A stretch of 60,500 nucleotides of DNA. Origin: Chthoniobacteraceae bacterium. Lineage in GTDB: Bacteria; Verrucomicrobiota; Verrucomicrobiia; Chthoniobacterales; Chthoniobacteraceae. Where the stretch lies: contig JANNXQ010000103.1 in assembly GCA_031409655.1 (NCBI GenBank), positions 1-60,500 on the forward strand, given 5' to 3'. Numbering within the stretch: position 1 is the first letter of the stretch; each line of letters starts with the position of its first letter. Below the pieces are notes generated by a model, which saw only the letters and a program-made list of their open reading frames with translations, did not search any database and was not told the origin of the DNA. This document shows, piece after piece, positions 19,411 through 29,000 of the stretch. Made by a program: the position numbers and the translations under genes.

Positions 19411-20292
19411 CTACTTTGCCCAGACACTCTGCTGGAGCCAGAAGAGCAGGTCTTTGGCCCACGGGTGGACATCGTCGGCGGGGACGCCATTTTTCCCGCT
19501 GCTCAGGCCGATGCCGTGCGGGCCGCGCTCGTAGATGTGAAAGTCAAAAGAGACGCCGGCTTTGCGCAGGGCAGCGACGAAAAGCAGGGAGTTTTCCACG
19601 GGCACGGCTTTGTCCTCCAGGGTACTCCAGACGAAGCATGGTGGGGTGTCTTTGGTGACCTGTCTTTCGTTGGAGAGGAGTTCGACGAGCGCGGGGTCGG
19701 GGTTTTCGCCGAGGAGGTTTTTCTTCGAGCCGGCGTGGGTGAATTCTCCGAGCGTGACGACGGGGTAGCAGAGAATGCCGAGGTCGGGACGGGAGCTCTG
19801 GCGGTCGGTCGGATCAGGGGCGTCGGCCTGGCCAGCGTCGAAGTGCGTGACGAGCGTGGAGGCGAGGTGGCCGCCCGCGCTGGAGCCCATGATGCCGACG
19901 CGCTTGGGGTCGATCTTCCACTCGGCCGCTTTGGCGCGCGTGAGGCGGACGGCGCGGGCGGCGTCGCCGAGCATGATCGGATGGCGATAGCCCCCGGAGG
20001 CCAGGCGATACTTTAGGACGAAAGCGGCAACGCCTTGATCAGCGAGCCACTTGGCGTAGCCGGCGCCTTCGTGCGGGGCGAGTCCGCCGTAGCCGCCGCC
20101 AGGACAGATGACGATGGCAGCACCGGTGGCTTTGCCGGGATCGGGGAGAAAAGGGGTGAGAGTGGGGACGTCCTTGTCCGCAGTGCCGAGGGCGCCGGGA
20201 GCCGCGTCGGGCCAAAGTTTCACCGGATCGGCCGGTGCGGCCTGGAGCGTGAGGACGGGGAGCATCGTGAGGAAAAGGAGGGAACGGAGCAT
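19411..20292 (-). CDS. Secreted alpha/beta hydrolase (acetylxylan/feruloyl esterase-like)
   Basis: ICPGGGY, nucleophile GSSAGG, TPPCF, HGIGL. Confidence 0.9.
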   Translation of the reverse strand: MLRSLLFLTMLPVLTLQAAPADPVKLWPDAAPGALGTADKDVPTLTPFLPDPGKATGAAIVICPGGGYGGLAPHEGAGYAKWLADQGVAAFVLKYRLASGGYRHPIMLGDAARAVRLTRAKAAEWKIDPKRVGIMGSSAGGHLASTLVTHFDAGQADAPDPTDRQSSRPDLGILCYPVVTLGEFTHAGSKKNLLGENPDPALVELLSNERQVTKDTPPCFVWSTLEDKAVPVENSLLFVAALRKAGVSFDFHIYERGPHGIGLSSGKNGVPADDVHPWAKDLLFWLQQSVWAK

Positions 20293-20377
20293 GGTGGGAG
20301 GATGATCGCGCGGGCGGCGGGATGACAAGATCGGCGTCGGGATTCCAAGCGTGGGGAAAGCGTTTAGCTTCCCGCCG

Positions 20378-21971
20378 ATGCTGACCAACGTGCAACTACC
20401 GCTGCTCGGGATGCACTGTGCGAGCTGCGCGGGGCGGATCGAGCGCGCGCTGCAGGCGACGCCCGGAGGCGCGGAGGCGCGGGTAAATTTTGCGACGACG
20501 CGGGCGGCGGTGCGGTTCGATGCCGGGCTGGTGAATGTGGAGGCCTTGCGCGAGTCGGGGAGAAAGGAGGGCTTCGATGCGCTCCTGCCAGTGGTGGAAG
20601 GTGCCACGCGGGACGCGGAGGCAGAGGCGCGGGCGTCCGAGAACGCGGCGCTACGGCAGCGTTTCGTGATCGCGGCGGTGCTCACTTTGCCGGTGGTGCT
20701 GGTGGCGATGGGGGTGCTTCTTTGGGCGGGGTGGGAGTTTTTCACCGGCGCGTGGTCCGCGACGTGGCGGCGGACGGCGGATATGAATACGCTGGTCGCC
20801 GTGGGGACGCTCGCGGCCTACAGCTACAGCGTCGCGGTGATCGTGGCACCGGGGGCGCTCGGCGGCGGACACGCGGGGCACGCGGTGTACTTCGAGGTAG
20901 CGGCAAGCATCGTCACTTTAATCCTCATGGGCCGTGTGCTCGAAGCTCGCGCCCGGGCTCGCGCAGGGGGTGCCATTCGCGCGCTCATCGGTCTGCAACT
21001 GAAGATGGCGCGCGTGGAGCGAGCGAGTGGCCAGGTGGAGGACGGCGCGTCGAGCGTGGATGAATCGATGCTCACCGGTGAGCCGATGCCGGTGGCGAAA
21101 AAGGCGGGTGACGCGGTCATCGGCGGGACGATGAACGGGACCGGTGCGTTTCGTTTCCGCGCGACGAAAGTGGGCGCGGATACGGTGCTGCAGCGGATCG
21201 TGCGGCTGGTCCGGGAGGCGCAGGGCAGCAAGGCGCCGATCCAGCAGCTCGCGGATAAAATCGCGGCGTGGTGAGCGATTCCTCAAGGCGCATGGTGTGG
21301 CGCTGGACGCAGCTCCGGAGACGGCAGCGGGAGCGACGCTGGTTTTCGTGGCGATCGACGGCCAGAGCGCGGGCTGTGTGGAGATCGCTGATCCGGTGAA
21401 AGGCTCGGCGCGCGCGGCGATCGGGACGTTGCGCGCAGCCAGAGTGGAGGTCGCGATGCTCACGGGAGATCGGCGTGCCGCGGCGGAGGCGATCGCGAAG
21501 TCCGTGGGGATTGAGAAAGTGTTCGCGGAGTTGCTGCCGGAAGCAAAGAGCGCGGCAATCCAGGAATTGCAGAAGACTGGCGCGATCGTGGCCATGGTCG
21601 GCGACGGCATCAATGACGCCCCGGCGCTGGCGCGCGCGGACGTGGGCATCGCGATGGGGCGGGGCACGGACGTGGCGCTCGAAGCCGCTGCGATCACGCT
21701 CGTCCGGGGGGATCTCGCGAGCGTCGCCGAGGCCATCGCGCTCTCCCGCGCGACCGTGCGCACGATTCGGCAAAATCTCTTCTTCGCCTTCCTCTACAAA
21801 GTCCTCGGCATCCCGCTCGCCGCCGGCGTTTTCTATCCGCTCACTGGTTGGCAGCTCAGCCCGATCGTCGCCTCCGCGGCCATGGCGCTTTCTTCCGTGA
21901 GCGTCGTGCTGAATGCCCTGCGGCTGCGCACTTTCAAACCTCAGAACCAGGAGGACTGGGGGAAAAAGTAG
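20378..21971 (+). pseudogene. copA: Cu(I) P1B-type ATPase remnant with internal deletions and a frame break
   Basis: Has [40 protein letters not shown] and [16 protein letters not shown] and most of the N domain are missing. Stop at 21274; the remainder is in another frame. Confidence 0.88.
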
Positions 21972-22041
21972 AGGAGGGCGGGGCTTCCGCCGGGCGGCGA
22001 ATCACTGTTCGCCTCGTCCCGGCTAAAGCCCCGCCCCCCTC
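21971..22041. repeat. REP-like palindrome between convergent genes
   Basis: GAGGAGGGCGGGGCTT...AAGCCCCGCCCCCCTC inverted arms. Confidence 0.7.
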
Positions 22042-22067
22042 GTATACCACCCCACGAAAAGTGTAGG

Positions 22068-22727
22068 CTAGCGGATGCTGGGCGAGGTGCGCTCGCCGTA
22101 GCCAAAGGCATCCGGCGAAAGTGCGACCAGCACGCGCTCGGCGGCATTTTTGAAATCGAAGGGCACCGAGTAGCCGAGGCCTGGCGCGTGGAGCGAGCCG
22201 GCGCCACCGCTCATGCGGCTGCCGCCATTGAGATCGAATTCGTAAAGAGTATTGCCGCGGCGTCCGCCTTTGCTGCCGTCTTTGTCGTCGCGATCGACGT
22301 GCTTGCCATTCACATCGCTCACCCGGACGTGGATCATGACCTGCGAACGACCCAGGCTGGCTGGCTTGATGAGTTCGCCAAAGTGGCGCTTGAGCGGCTG
22401 GCCAGCATCGATGACATCGAGCGTGCCATCGACGACCCAGCCAGTGGGCGGCGCTTCGTCTTCCTGCAGGATGTGCGTCGGGGCGATTTTCTCGAGCTCA
22501 TGCTTGAGCGCCAGCGACCACTCGGCGGGCGCGAGCGAGCGGCGGATCGGCTCCTCGCCGGGGCCGCGATGATCCCCCTTGAAGATGGTGTCACTGACGT
22601 CGAAGGCCCGGATGTAGATCGCCTCGGGATTCGTCGCCCCGCTGGCGATCTGAGTTTCTTGAATGCGCACGCCGGCGCAGGAGGTGAAAATGAGCGAAGC
22701 GCCAAGGGCAAGAGCAGAGTATTTCAT
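22068..22727 (-). CDS. Lipoprotein, DUF4410-like
   Basis: Lipobox FTSC after a hydrophobic signal; IYIRAF. Confidence 0.7.
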   Translation of the reverse strand: MKYSALALGASLIFTSCAGVRIQETQIASGATNPEAIYIRAFDVSDTIFKGDHRGPGEEPIRRSLAPAEWSLALKHELEKIAPTHILQEDEAPPTGWVVDGTLDVIDAGQPLKRHFGELIKPASLGRSQVMIHVRVSDVNGKHVDRDDKDGSKGGRRGNTLYEFDLNGGSRMSGGAGSLHAPGLGYSVPFDFKNAAERVLVALSPDAFGYGERTSPSIR

Positions 22728-22865
22728 AAGGGAAGCGGTGTGTTCCCTTGCTGAGAGTTGCAGCTTCCGTGCCCATCCGAGCAGTGAACTCGGCGGATAT
22801 TTTCCGGCGCAGCCTGGCGTCTTGCCGCGACCTCGGTGGAGCGAGAAAGGCGGGTGCGCTGGCCG

Positions 22866-23975
22866 CTACACGAGCCGCTCGGGATTCAGTGCCTGGAGCG
22901 CCTTCGGCACAAAGACGCCGTCTTCGCGGATCACGCGGCCATCGAAGAGCATCCGCCCGCCGCCGTAGTCCGTCCGCTGGATATTCACGAGATCCCAGTG
23001 GACCTGCGAGCGGTTGCCATTCTCCGTCTCCTCGTAGCACTGGCCAGGCGTGAAGTGGAAGGAGCCGTTGATCTTCTCGTCGAAGAGAATATCGCGCATC
23101 GGGTGGAGGATGTGCGGATTAAAGGCGATCGCAAATTCACCGATGTAGCGCGCCCCGGCGTCGCTATCGAGGATGGCATTGAGCTTCTCGGGATGGTTCG
23201 CGGTGGCGTCGATGATCTTCCCGTCATTGAACTCAAGCCGCACATTATCGAACGCCGTCCCCTGATAGATCGTCGGGGCATTGAAGGTGATGTGGCCGCG
23301 CACGGAGTGCTTCACCGGCGCGGTGAAGACCTCGCCATCCGGGATATTGTGGGTGCCCCCGCAGGCCACTGCCGGGATGCCCTTGATGGAAAACAGCAGA
23401 TGGGTGCCGGGACCGACGATCTCCACTTTATCTGTCTTCATCATCAGCTCGCTGAGCGCCTTCATGCCGGTGGCCATCTTCCGATAGTCCAGCGTGCAGA
23501 CGCGGAAGTAGAAATCCTCAAAGGCCTCCGTGCTCATGCCCGCGGACTGCGCCATCGACGGAGTCGGCCAGCGCAGCACACACCACCGCGTCCTTTTCAC
23601 CCGCCAATCCAGCACCGCCTTCATCTTGCGCGAGACCAGCTTCATCTTCTCGGCCGGCACATCGCTCATCTCGGTGATGTTGTGCCCGCCGCGGAGCGCG
23701 ATGTAGGCGTCCATCTTCTTCATCTGCGAGAGCGAGTGCGCGGCAGCGATCTCGAGTTGGGCTTCACTGGCTTCGAGCGCCATCTCGCGGCTCACCCGGG
23801 CGTGATGGATCTGGACAAAAGGCACCGCCCCGATCTTCCGCACCGCGCGGATCAGGGCCACGGTCATCGGCTCCGGGATGTCAAAGCTGTCGATGAGCAC
23901 CTTGTCGCCTCGGACAAGCTGCGTGGAGTGGGTGACGAGCAGGTGGGCGAGCTTATCGCAACGGGGATCGTGCAT
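22866..23975 (-). CDS. M29 (AmpS/PepS-type) aminopeptidase
   Basis: [40 protein letters not shown]. Confidence 0.93.
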   Translation of the reverse strand: MHDPRCDKLAHLLVTHSTQLVRGDKVLIDSFDIPEPMTVALIRAVRKIGAVPFVQIHHARVSREMALEASEAQLEIAAAHSLSQMKKMDAYIALRGGHNITEMSDVPAEKMKLVSRKMKAVLDWRVKRTRWCVLRWPTPSMAQSAGMSTEAFEDFYFRVCTLDYRKMATGMKALSELMMKTDKVEIVGPGTHLLFSIKGIPAVACGGTHNIPDGEVFTAPVKHSVRGHITFNAPTIYQGTAFDNVRLEFNDGKIIDATANHPEKLNAILDSDAGARYIGEFAIAFNPHILHPMRDILFDEKINGSFHFTPGQCYEETENGNRSQVHWDLVNIQRTDYGGGRMLFDGRVIREDGVFVPKALQALNPERLV

Positions 23976-24129
23976 GGTCTGGGCAGACTGCGGAGACGCG
24001 GTGCAAAGGGGAAGTGGAAAGATGCCGGGATTCGCTGGTGGTTTCCCGGCGACCTTGTTTACGAGAAAATCCTTTTTTTGCTTGGCTGCCCGCGACTGCA
24101 TTGTATTTACATTGGCAATCATTCCCCCA

Positions 24130-24819
24130 GTGAAATTCCCCACCTCACCGCTCCGCTTTCGCCGTTCCCCCGTTGCCCGCCAATCTGGCTTCAGCTTGGT
24201 CGAAGTCGCCCTCGCCATCGCGGTGATCGCCTTTGCTTTCGTCGCCCTCCTCGCCCTCCTCCCCGCCGGTCTCACCACCTTCCGCCGCGCGCTGGACATC
24301 TCCATCTGCACCCAGATCGCCCAGCGGATCGTCTCGGATGCGCAAGGCGCGGACTACGATGTGGTCATGGATCGCGACAATCTTCCTGCTTATTCCAAAG
24401 GAAATGACTTCTCCTTCCGCGCGCCGAAAGTCCTCGAACCCGGCGTGCGCTTCTTCGACGAGCAGGGGAATGAGGTGGTGGGGGTGCCTAAAGACGGAAA
24501 GGCGGCGACGAAGTGGGCGGACTTGTCCGCCGACGAGCAGTTGCGGGTGGTGTACAACGTCAATGTCCGGATCGTCCCCCGGGTCACCGTCCCGACGGGT
24601 GGTTCGTCTGGGGCCGATGGGTACCCATTGCCTCGGGCGGCCAGGGAACTCGGTAATCTGGCCCTGATGACCGTGCAAATCGCGCATAACCCGAGCGGCG
24701 TATCGCTCAAACTGAGCGAGGCCGATGCCGACGACTCCAAAGCACCCACTCGCAATCTGTGGCTGCCCCGGGACGGGGTCGATGTCTTTACCTATTCGGC
24801 TTACATCGCCAGAAACTAA
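24130..24819 (+). CDS. Verru_Chthon cassette protein B (prepilin-type)
   Basis: Prepilin cleavage site [22 protein letters not shown] start. Confidence 0.85.
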   Translation: MKFPTSPLRFRRSPVARQSGFSLVEVALAIAVIAFAFVALLALLPAGLTTFRRALDISICTQIAQRIVSDAQGADYDVVMDRDNLPAYSKGNDFSFRAPKVLEPGVRFFDEQGNEVVGVPKDGKAATKWADLSADEQLRVVYNVNVRIVPRVTVPTGGSSGADGYPLPRAARELGNLALMTVQIAHNPSGVSLKLSEADADDSKAPTRNLWLPRDGVDVFTYSAYIARN

Positions 24820-26063
24820 TGAACCTCCGCTCCCATCGCGCCGGAACTGCCCCGGCAGCCTTCACCATCATTGAACTTCTCGTCGCCACGGTGGTTTTCT
24901 CCGGCCTTCTCTTGATCCTCGCTGTCACGACGAATCAAACCGCCGAGGTCTGGCGTCGCGGGGCCGCGAAGGTCGAGCAATTCCAAGGTGCGCGCCGCGG
25001 CTTCGAATCCATGACGCGCCGGATGAGTCAGGCGACGCTCAATACCTATTTCGACTACGACTACGAGATTTCTGGCAGCGGCAAAACCAGAAAACTGGAT
25101 GTGTCCAAGCCGCCGCTTAGTTACTCCCGGCAGTCCGAGTTGCGCTTTCGCAGTGGTCCCATGGAAAAGCTCGCGCCCGAGGAAGGCGTTTTTCGCCCAA
25201 CGCACGGGGTCTTCTTTCAGGCTCCCCTCGGTTTGGTGGACGACGACGATGTGCTGGAGTTTGAGCGGCGCCGCCTGAAGCCGCTGGGCGATTTGCTCAA
25301 TTCCTGGGGTTACTTCATCGAAGTTGGCACGGATGAGAAGATCATCCCTCGTTTCTTAAAAGACGTCGTTCCGCCCCGCATCCGCTCCCGACTGATGCAG
25401 TTCATGGAGCCGACCGAACGTGTGCAAATCGACGACCCGAGCGCGACGCCGGATGACAGCGGTAAGTTTTTGTTGGTGAAGAACGAAAATTGGGACCTCC
25501 CGTGGAATGGCTGGTTCACTGCGCCGCTCAAGCGCAAGGATGATATACCAGTCCGGGTGCTCTCGGAAAACATCATCGCCCTCGTCATTCTCCCGCGACT
25601 GTCCCAGCAGGATGAAGCTGCCCGGCTCAAGAAGAATCTCTCGGTCCTGACTCCCTTTTACGACTACGATTCCAAGCGCAATAGCAACCGCGCCACGGCC
25701 ATCGCCGACCCGCTCAACCCAAAGATCAAGGGCGATGCCAAAGACGGGCCGGAAGCCGTCAATCCCAAGAATCAACTGCCGCCTGTCGTCACCATCGCCA
25801 TGGTGGCCATCGATGAAATGGCCGCCGAACGGCTCAAGGACAAGGCCACCAAGGACGACCTAACGCTGGGCCTGAAGTGGGAGGGCCTTTTTGAAGACGC
25901 AAAGAAGCTCGAAGATGACCCGACCACCAAAGGGGACGATCAGTCCGGCGACGGCGACATCTACAAACTTGAGCAGCAGTTACTCGCGAAAAAGATCAAT
26001 TATCGAGTCTATACCTCCAATGTCACCATTCGCGGCGCCAAATGGAGCCGCGCGCAGAAGTAG
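24819..26063 (+). CDS. Verru_Chthon cassette protein C (prepilin-type)
   Basis: AFTIIELLVA, SQATLNTY, YSRQSELRF, HGVFFQAPLG, NQLPPVV..MVAIDE, AKWS. Confidence 0.88.
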   Translation: MNLRSHRAGTAPAAFTIIELLVATVVFSGLLLILAVTTNQTAEVWRRGAAKVEQFQGARRGFESMTRRMSQATLNTYFDYDYEISGSGKTRKLDVSKPPLSYSRQSELRFRSGPMEKLAPEEGVFRPTHGVFFQAPLGLVDDDDVLEFERRRLKPLGDLLNSWGYFIEVGTDEKIIPRFLKDVVPPRIRSRLMQFMEPTERVQIDDPSATPDDSGKFLLVKNENWDLPWNGWFTAPLKRKDDIPVRVLSENIIALVILPRLSQQDEAARLKKNLSVLTPFYDYDSKRNSNRATAIADPLNPKIKGDAKDGPEAVNPKNQLPPVVTIAMVAIDEMAAERLKDKATKDDLTLGLKWEGLFEDAKKLEDDPTTKGDDQSGDGDIYKLEQQLLAKKINYRVYTSNVTIRGAKWSRAQK

Positions 26064-26092
26064 CCTGAACCCCCCAAAAAACCTACTCCACC

Positions 26093-29000
26093 ATGAAAGC
26101 AAACCCCTCCCTCCAGAAGCGTGGCGTCGCCCTCGTCATCGTCCTCGTCTTCGTCGTCCTGCTCTCCGTGTTCATCCTGAGTTTCTTCACCAACTCCCAG
26201 AATGAACTCACGGCCGCCCAGAGTTTCTCCGGTGAAATCAGCGCGCAGCAACTTGCCGAAACTGCGACCTCCGTCGTCATGGGCCAGATCCGCGAAGCCA
26301 CCACCCGCGAGTACGTGGCGTGGGCTTCCCAACCCGGGATGCTTCGCACCTATGGCGACACCACCAAGACCGGTAAGGAAGTCATCTCGGACAAGGCGGA
26401 CGCCTTCTTCAAACTCTACTCCTCCGACGATATGATCATCGGTCGCAGTGAGATGAGCGCTTTTCAGAAGATTTATAGCACGACGGGTGAGATTCCCTTT
26501 GAGGGCGTCGGTGGCACCAAGCCAAACGAAGGTTGGGATAGCTTGCCTGCGCTCTACACCGATCTGAACAGCCCGATCATTGTCGCTGAACCTCCGGCGA
26601 AAGGCGCTACGGAAGACGACAAGTACCGGGTCAAGTTTCCGATCATTGACGGCCACGACCTGCAGACGATCACCCTTCCAGATATCCCCGCCGTGCCGCG
26701 GACGGAAAAGGGGAAGACCGTGCTCACCTACGATGCGACCTCGGAGAGAGGCGCTTCGGTGCCGGACAAAAAGCCCGACATCGAGGGCTTCGGCGTCGAT
26801 CCCGCCTATGTTCCGAAATACAAGGGTGGCCGGCTCAGTTCCGACAACAACCCCGTGCCGATGCCGGTCAAGTGGCTCTACGTGCTCCGTGATGGGAGCA
26901 TGACGGCCCCGACAGGATCGGAGCCCGACCCAGCCACGAAACTCGGCACGCGGGCCAAGTGGGACGAGTCGGCAATCGTCCGGCCCACCAAGGAAAATCC
27001 CATCGTCGGACGGATGGCCTTCTGGACGGATGACGACACCTGCAAGGTGAACATCAACACTGCCGGCGGCTTTAATACCAAAGACATGGATGCCGGCCAA
27101 TACTCGGAATCAACTTACGCTGGCTCCTATTGGGACCAGCCGCGCACCTACACGAGATTTGATTTCGGCGAAGGAAACGATGATGGAAAAAACGGAGAGG
27201 ATGGATCAATCGTCATGGGCGGTTTGTCGATTACCCAGCCCGTGGCCAAGGAGTATCAGCGTTATCCCGGGCATCCAGCGACGACTTCGCTGAACCTTGT
27301 CTTTAAGAACCTGCTCAACTCCGAGCAAATGTACTCGCTCCTGCCGCGCCTCACGAAGGGTGGATCGAAAAATGGCACGACTCGATTCTATAGCGACAAG
27401 TCGCAAATCGAATTGGCGGAAGGAGAAGATGAAGACGAGGTGACGACGCCGCTGTCCCCGAAGCGCGAACGCCTCTTCGCCTCAGTGGACGAATTCCTTT
27501 TCAAGCGCCGGGAGACTGAGCAATCAGAATATCGGGAAACGAATGACGGCTATCTCAAGCGCAAGGAAAAATTCACCATGAGCGAAGGGATCACGCCGGA
27601 ACTGATTGAGCGGCTGCGCTTCTTCCTCACCGCCCATAGCCGCGCTCCTGAACTCAATCTTTTCGGACGCCCCCGGGTAACGATCTGGCCCTCCTACCCC
27701 GATGCCGCCCGGTTAAACGCCTCGGATCGACTGCTCAATTTCTGCTCCATCATTGGCCCCAAAACTCAGGCCGATGGAACGGCTGTCGCCCCGGCGGATA
27801 TCAAGCTCTTTGAATTTCAACGAAGCGACCCCTATAGCGCGACGTTTGATTTCGATGGGACCAACAAGAGCAATCCCAAATACGGCGACTATCCGAAGAA
27901 GAACGGCAAGACCAGGAATCAGGTGATGTATGAGTATCTTCAGGAAATGACGAAGGAATCCGTGCCCGGTTTCGGTGGCGGCAGCTTTTTGGCCAAGTAC
28001 AAAAGTGTCGATCGAGACCAGATCCTCACAAGTATCTTTGATTACATGCGGTGTGTGAACATGCGGGACTCGACGCGGGACAAGCAAATTGCCGACGAGA
28101 GGGGTTTTGGCACGACGCCGAAGGCACCCAAGAAGGCGGTGGACTACCAGGAAATCGAAAAGTACAAATTCGCGCCACTGGGTATCGTTGTGCCCATCAA
28201 AATCAATAGTCCATCGGACACCAAGGGATTCGGGCGGTTCCCCATTTTTTCAGAAGCTGCCTTGGTTCTCTATCACACCGGGTACCGCAATAAGAATTTA
28301 TCTGCGAACACGCCGTTCCTGTCTTTGAGCGCGCTTAACAACCGCCTAAATAGCGACTCCCGGTTCAAAGGGAAGGCACCACCAAATCCCAACGATCCAA
28401 ATGATAAGGATTGGGATGGTAAAGAAGGGGTGACGCATAATTTCATCAGTGCATTCCTCATTTTTGAGTCCTTCAACCCGATGATGGGATATGCCCCGAC
28501 TCGGACGCCGAGTAATTTCTCTGCCGATCGGGTACGGACGATCGTCGAGGTGACCGGCCTCGATAAATTCGCAATAACGGGTATCGCGAGTCCGGCGAGT
28601 GGGCTGAGCACGGTTCTCGACCCTGGGGTTGGCCGTGGCTTTGGCGGTTTGAGGTTCCCAAAGACGGCGACGAACATTTTTGCCCATTCCTCCGGGGGGT
28701 CTTATCACGGTCGGAATCTTGGAGGCTCCGAAGGTTGGCTCAGTATGTTGAGAGGATCGTGGTTTTGGCAGGCCACCCCTGTTGCGGGCACACCGCCGGC
28801 CAAGCTTGCTCCGAACAAATGGGGCACGACGCCCCCTGACCAAACTGGAAAGACTTTTCCCCATTGGTATGAATTCCAAGCGCAGCCTCATGGGATCTGC
28901 GTCGAAGCACCGCCGACTCCGGAGCTCGCGCCTTCCGTGAATGCGGGGAAGCAACAGGAGTACTACGATTACCTCAAGGAGCCTGCTTCCTGGCAGAAAC

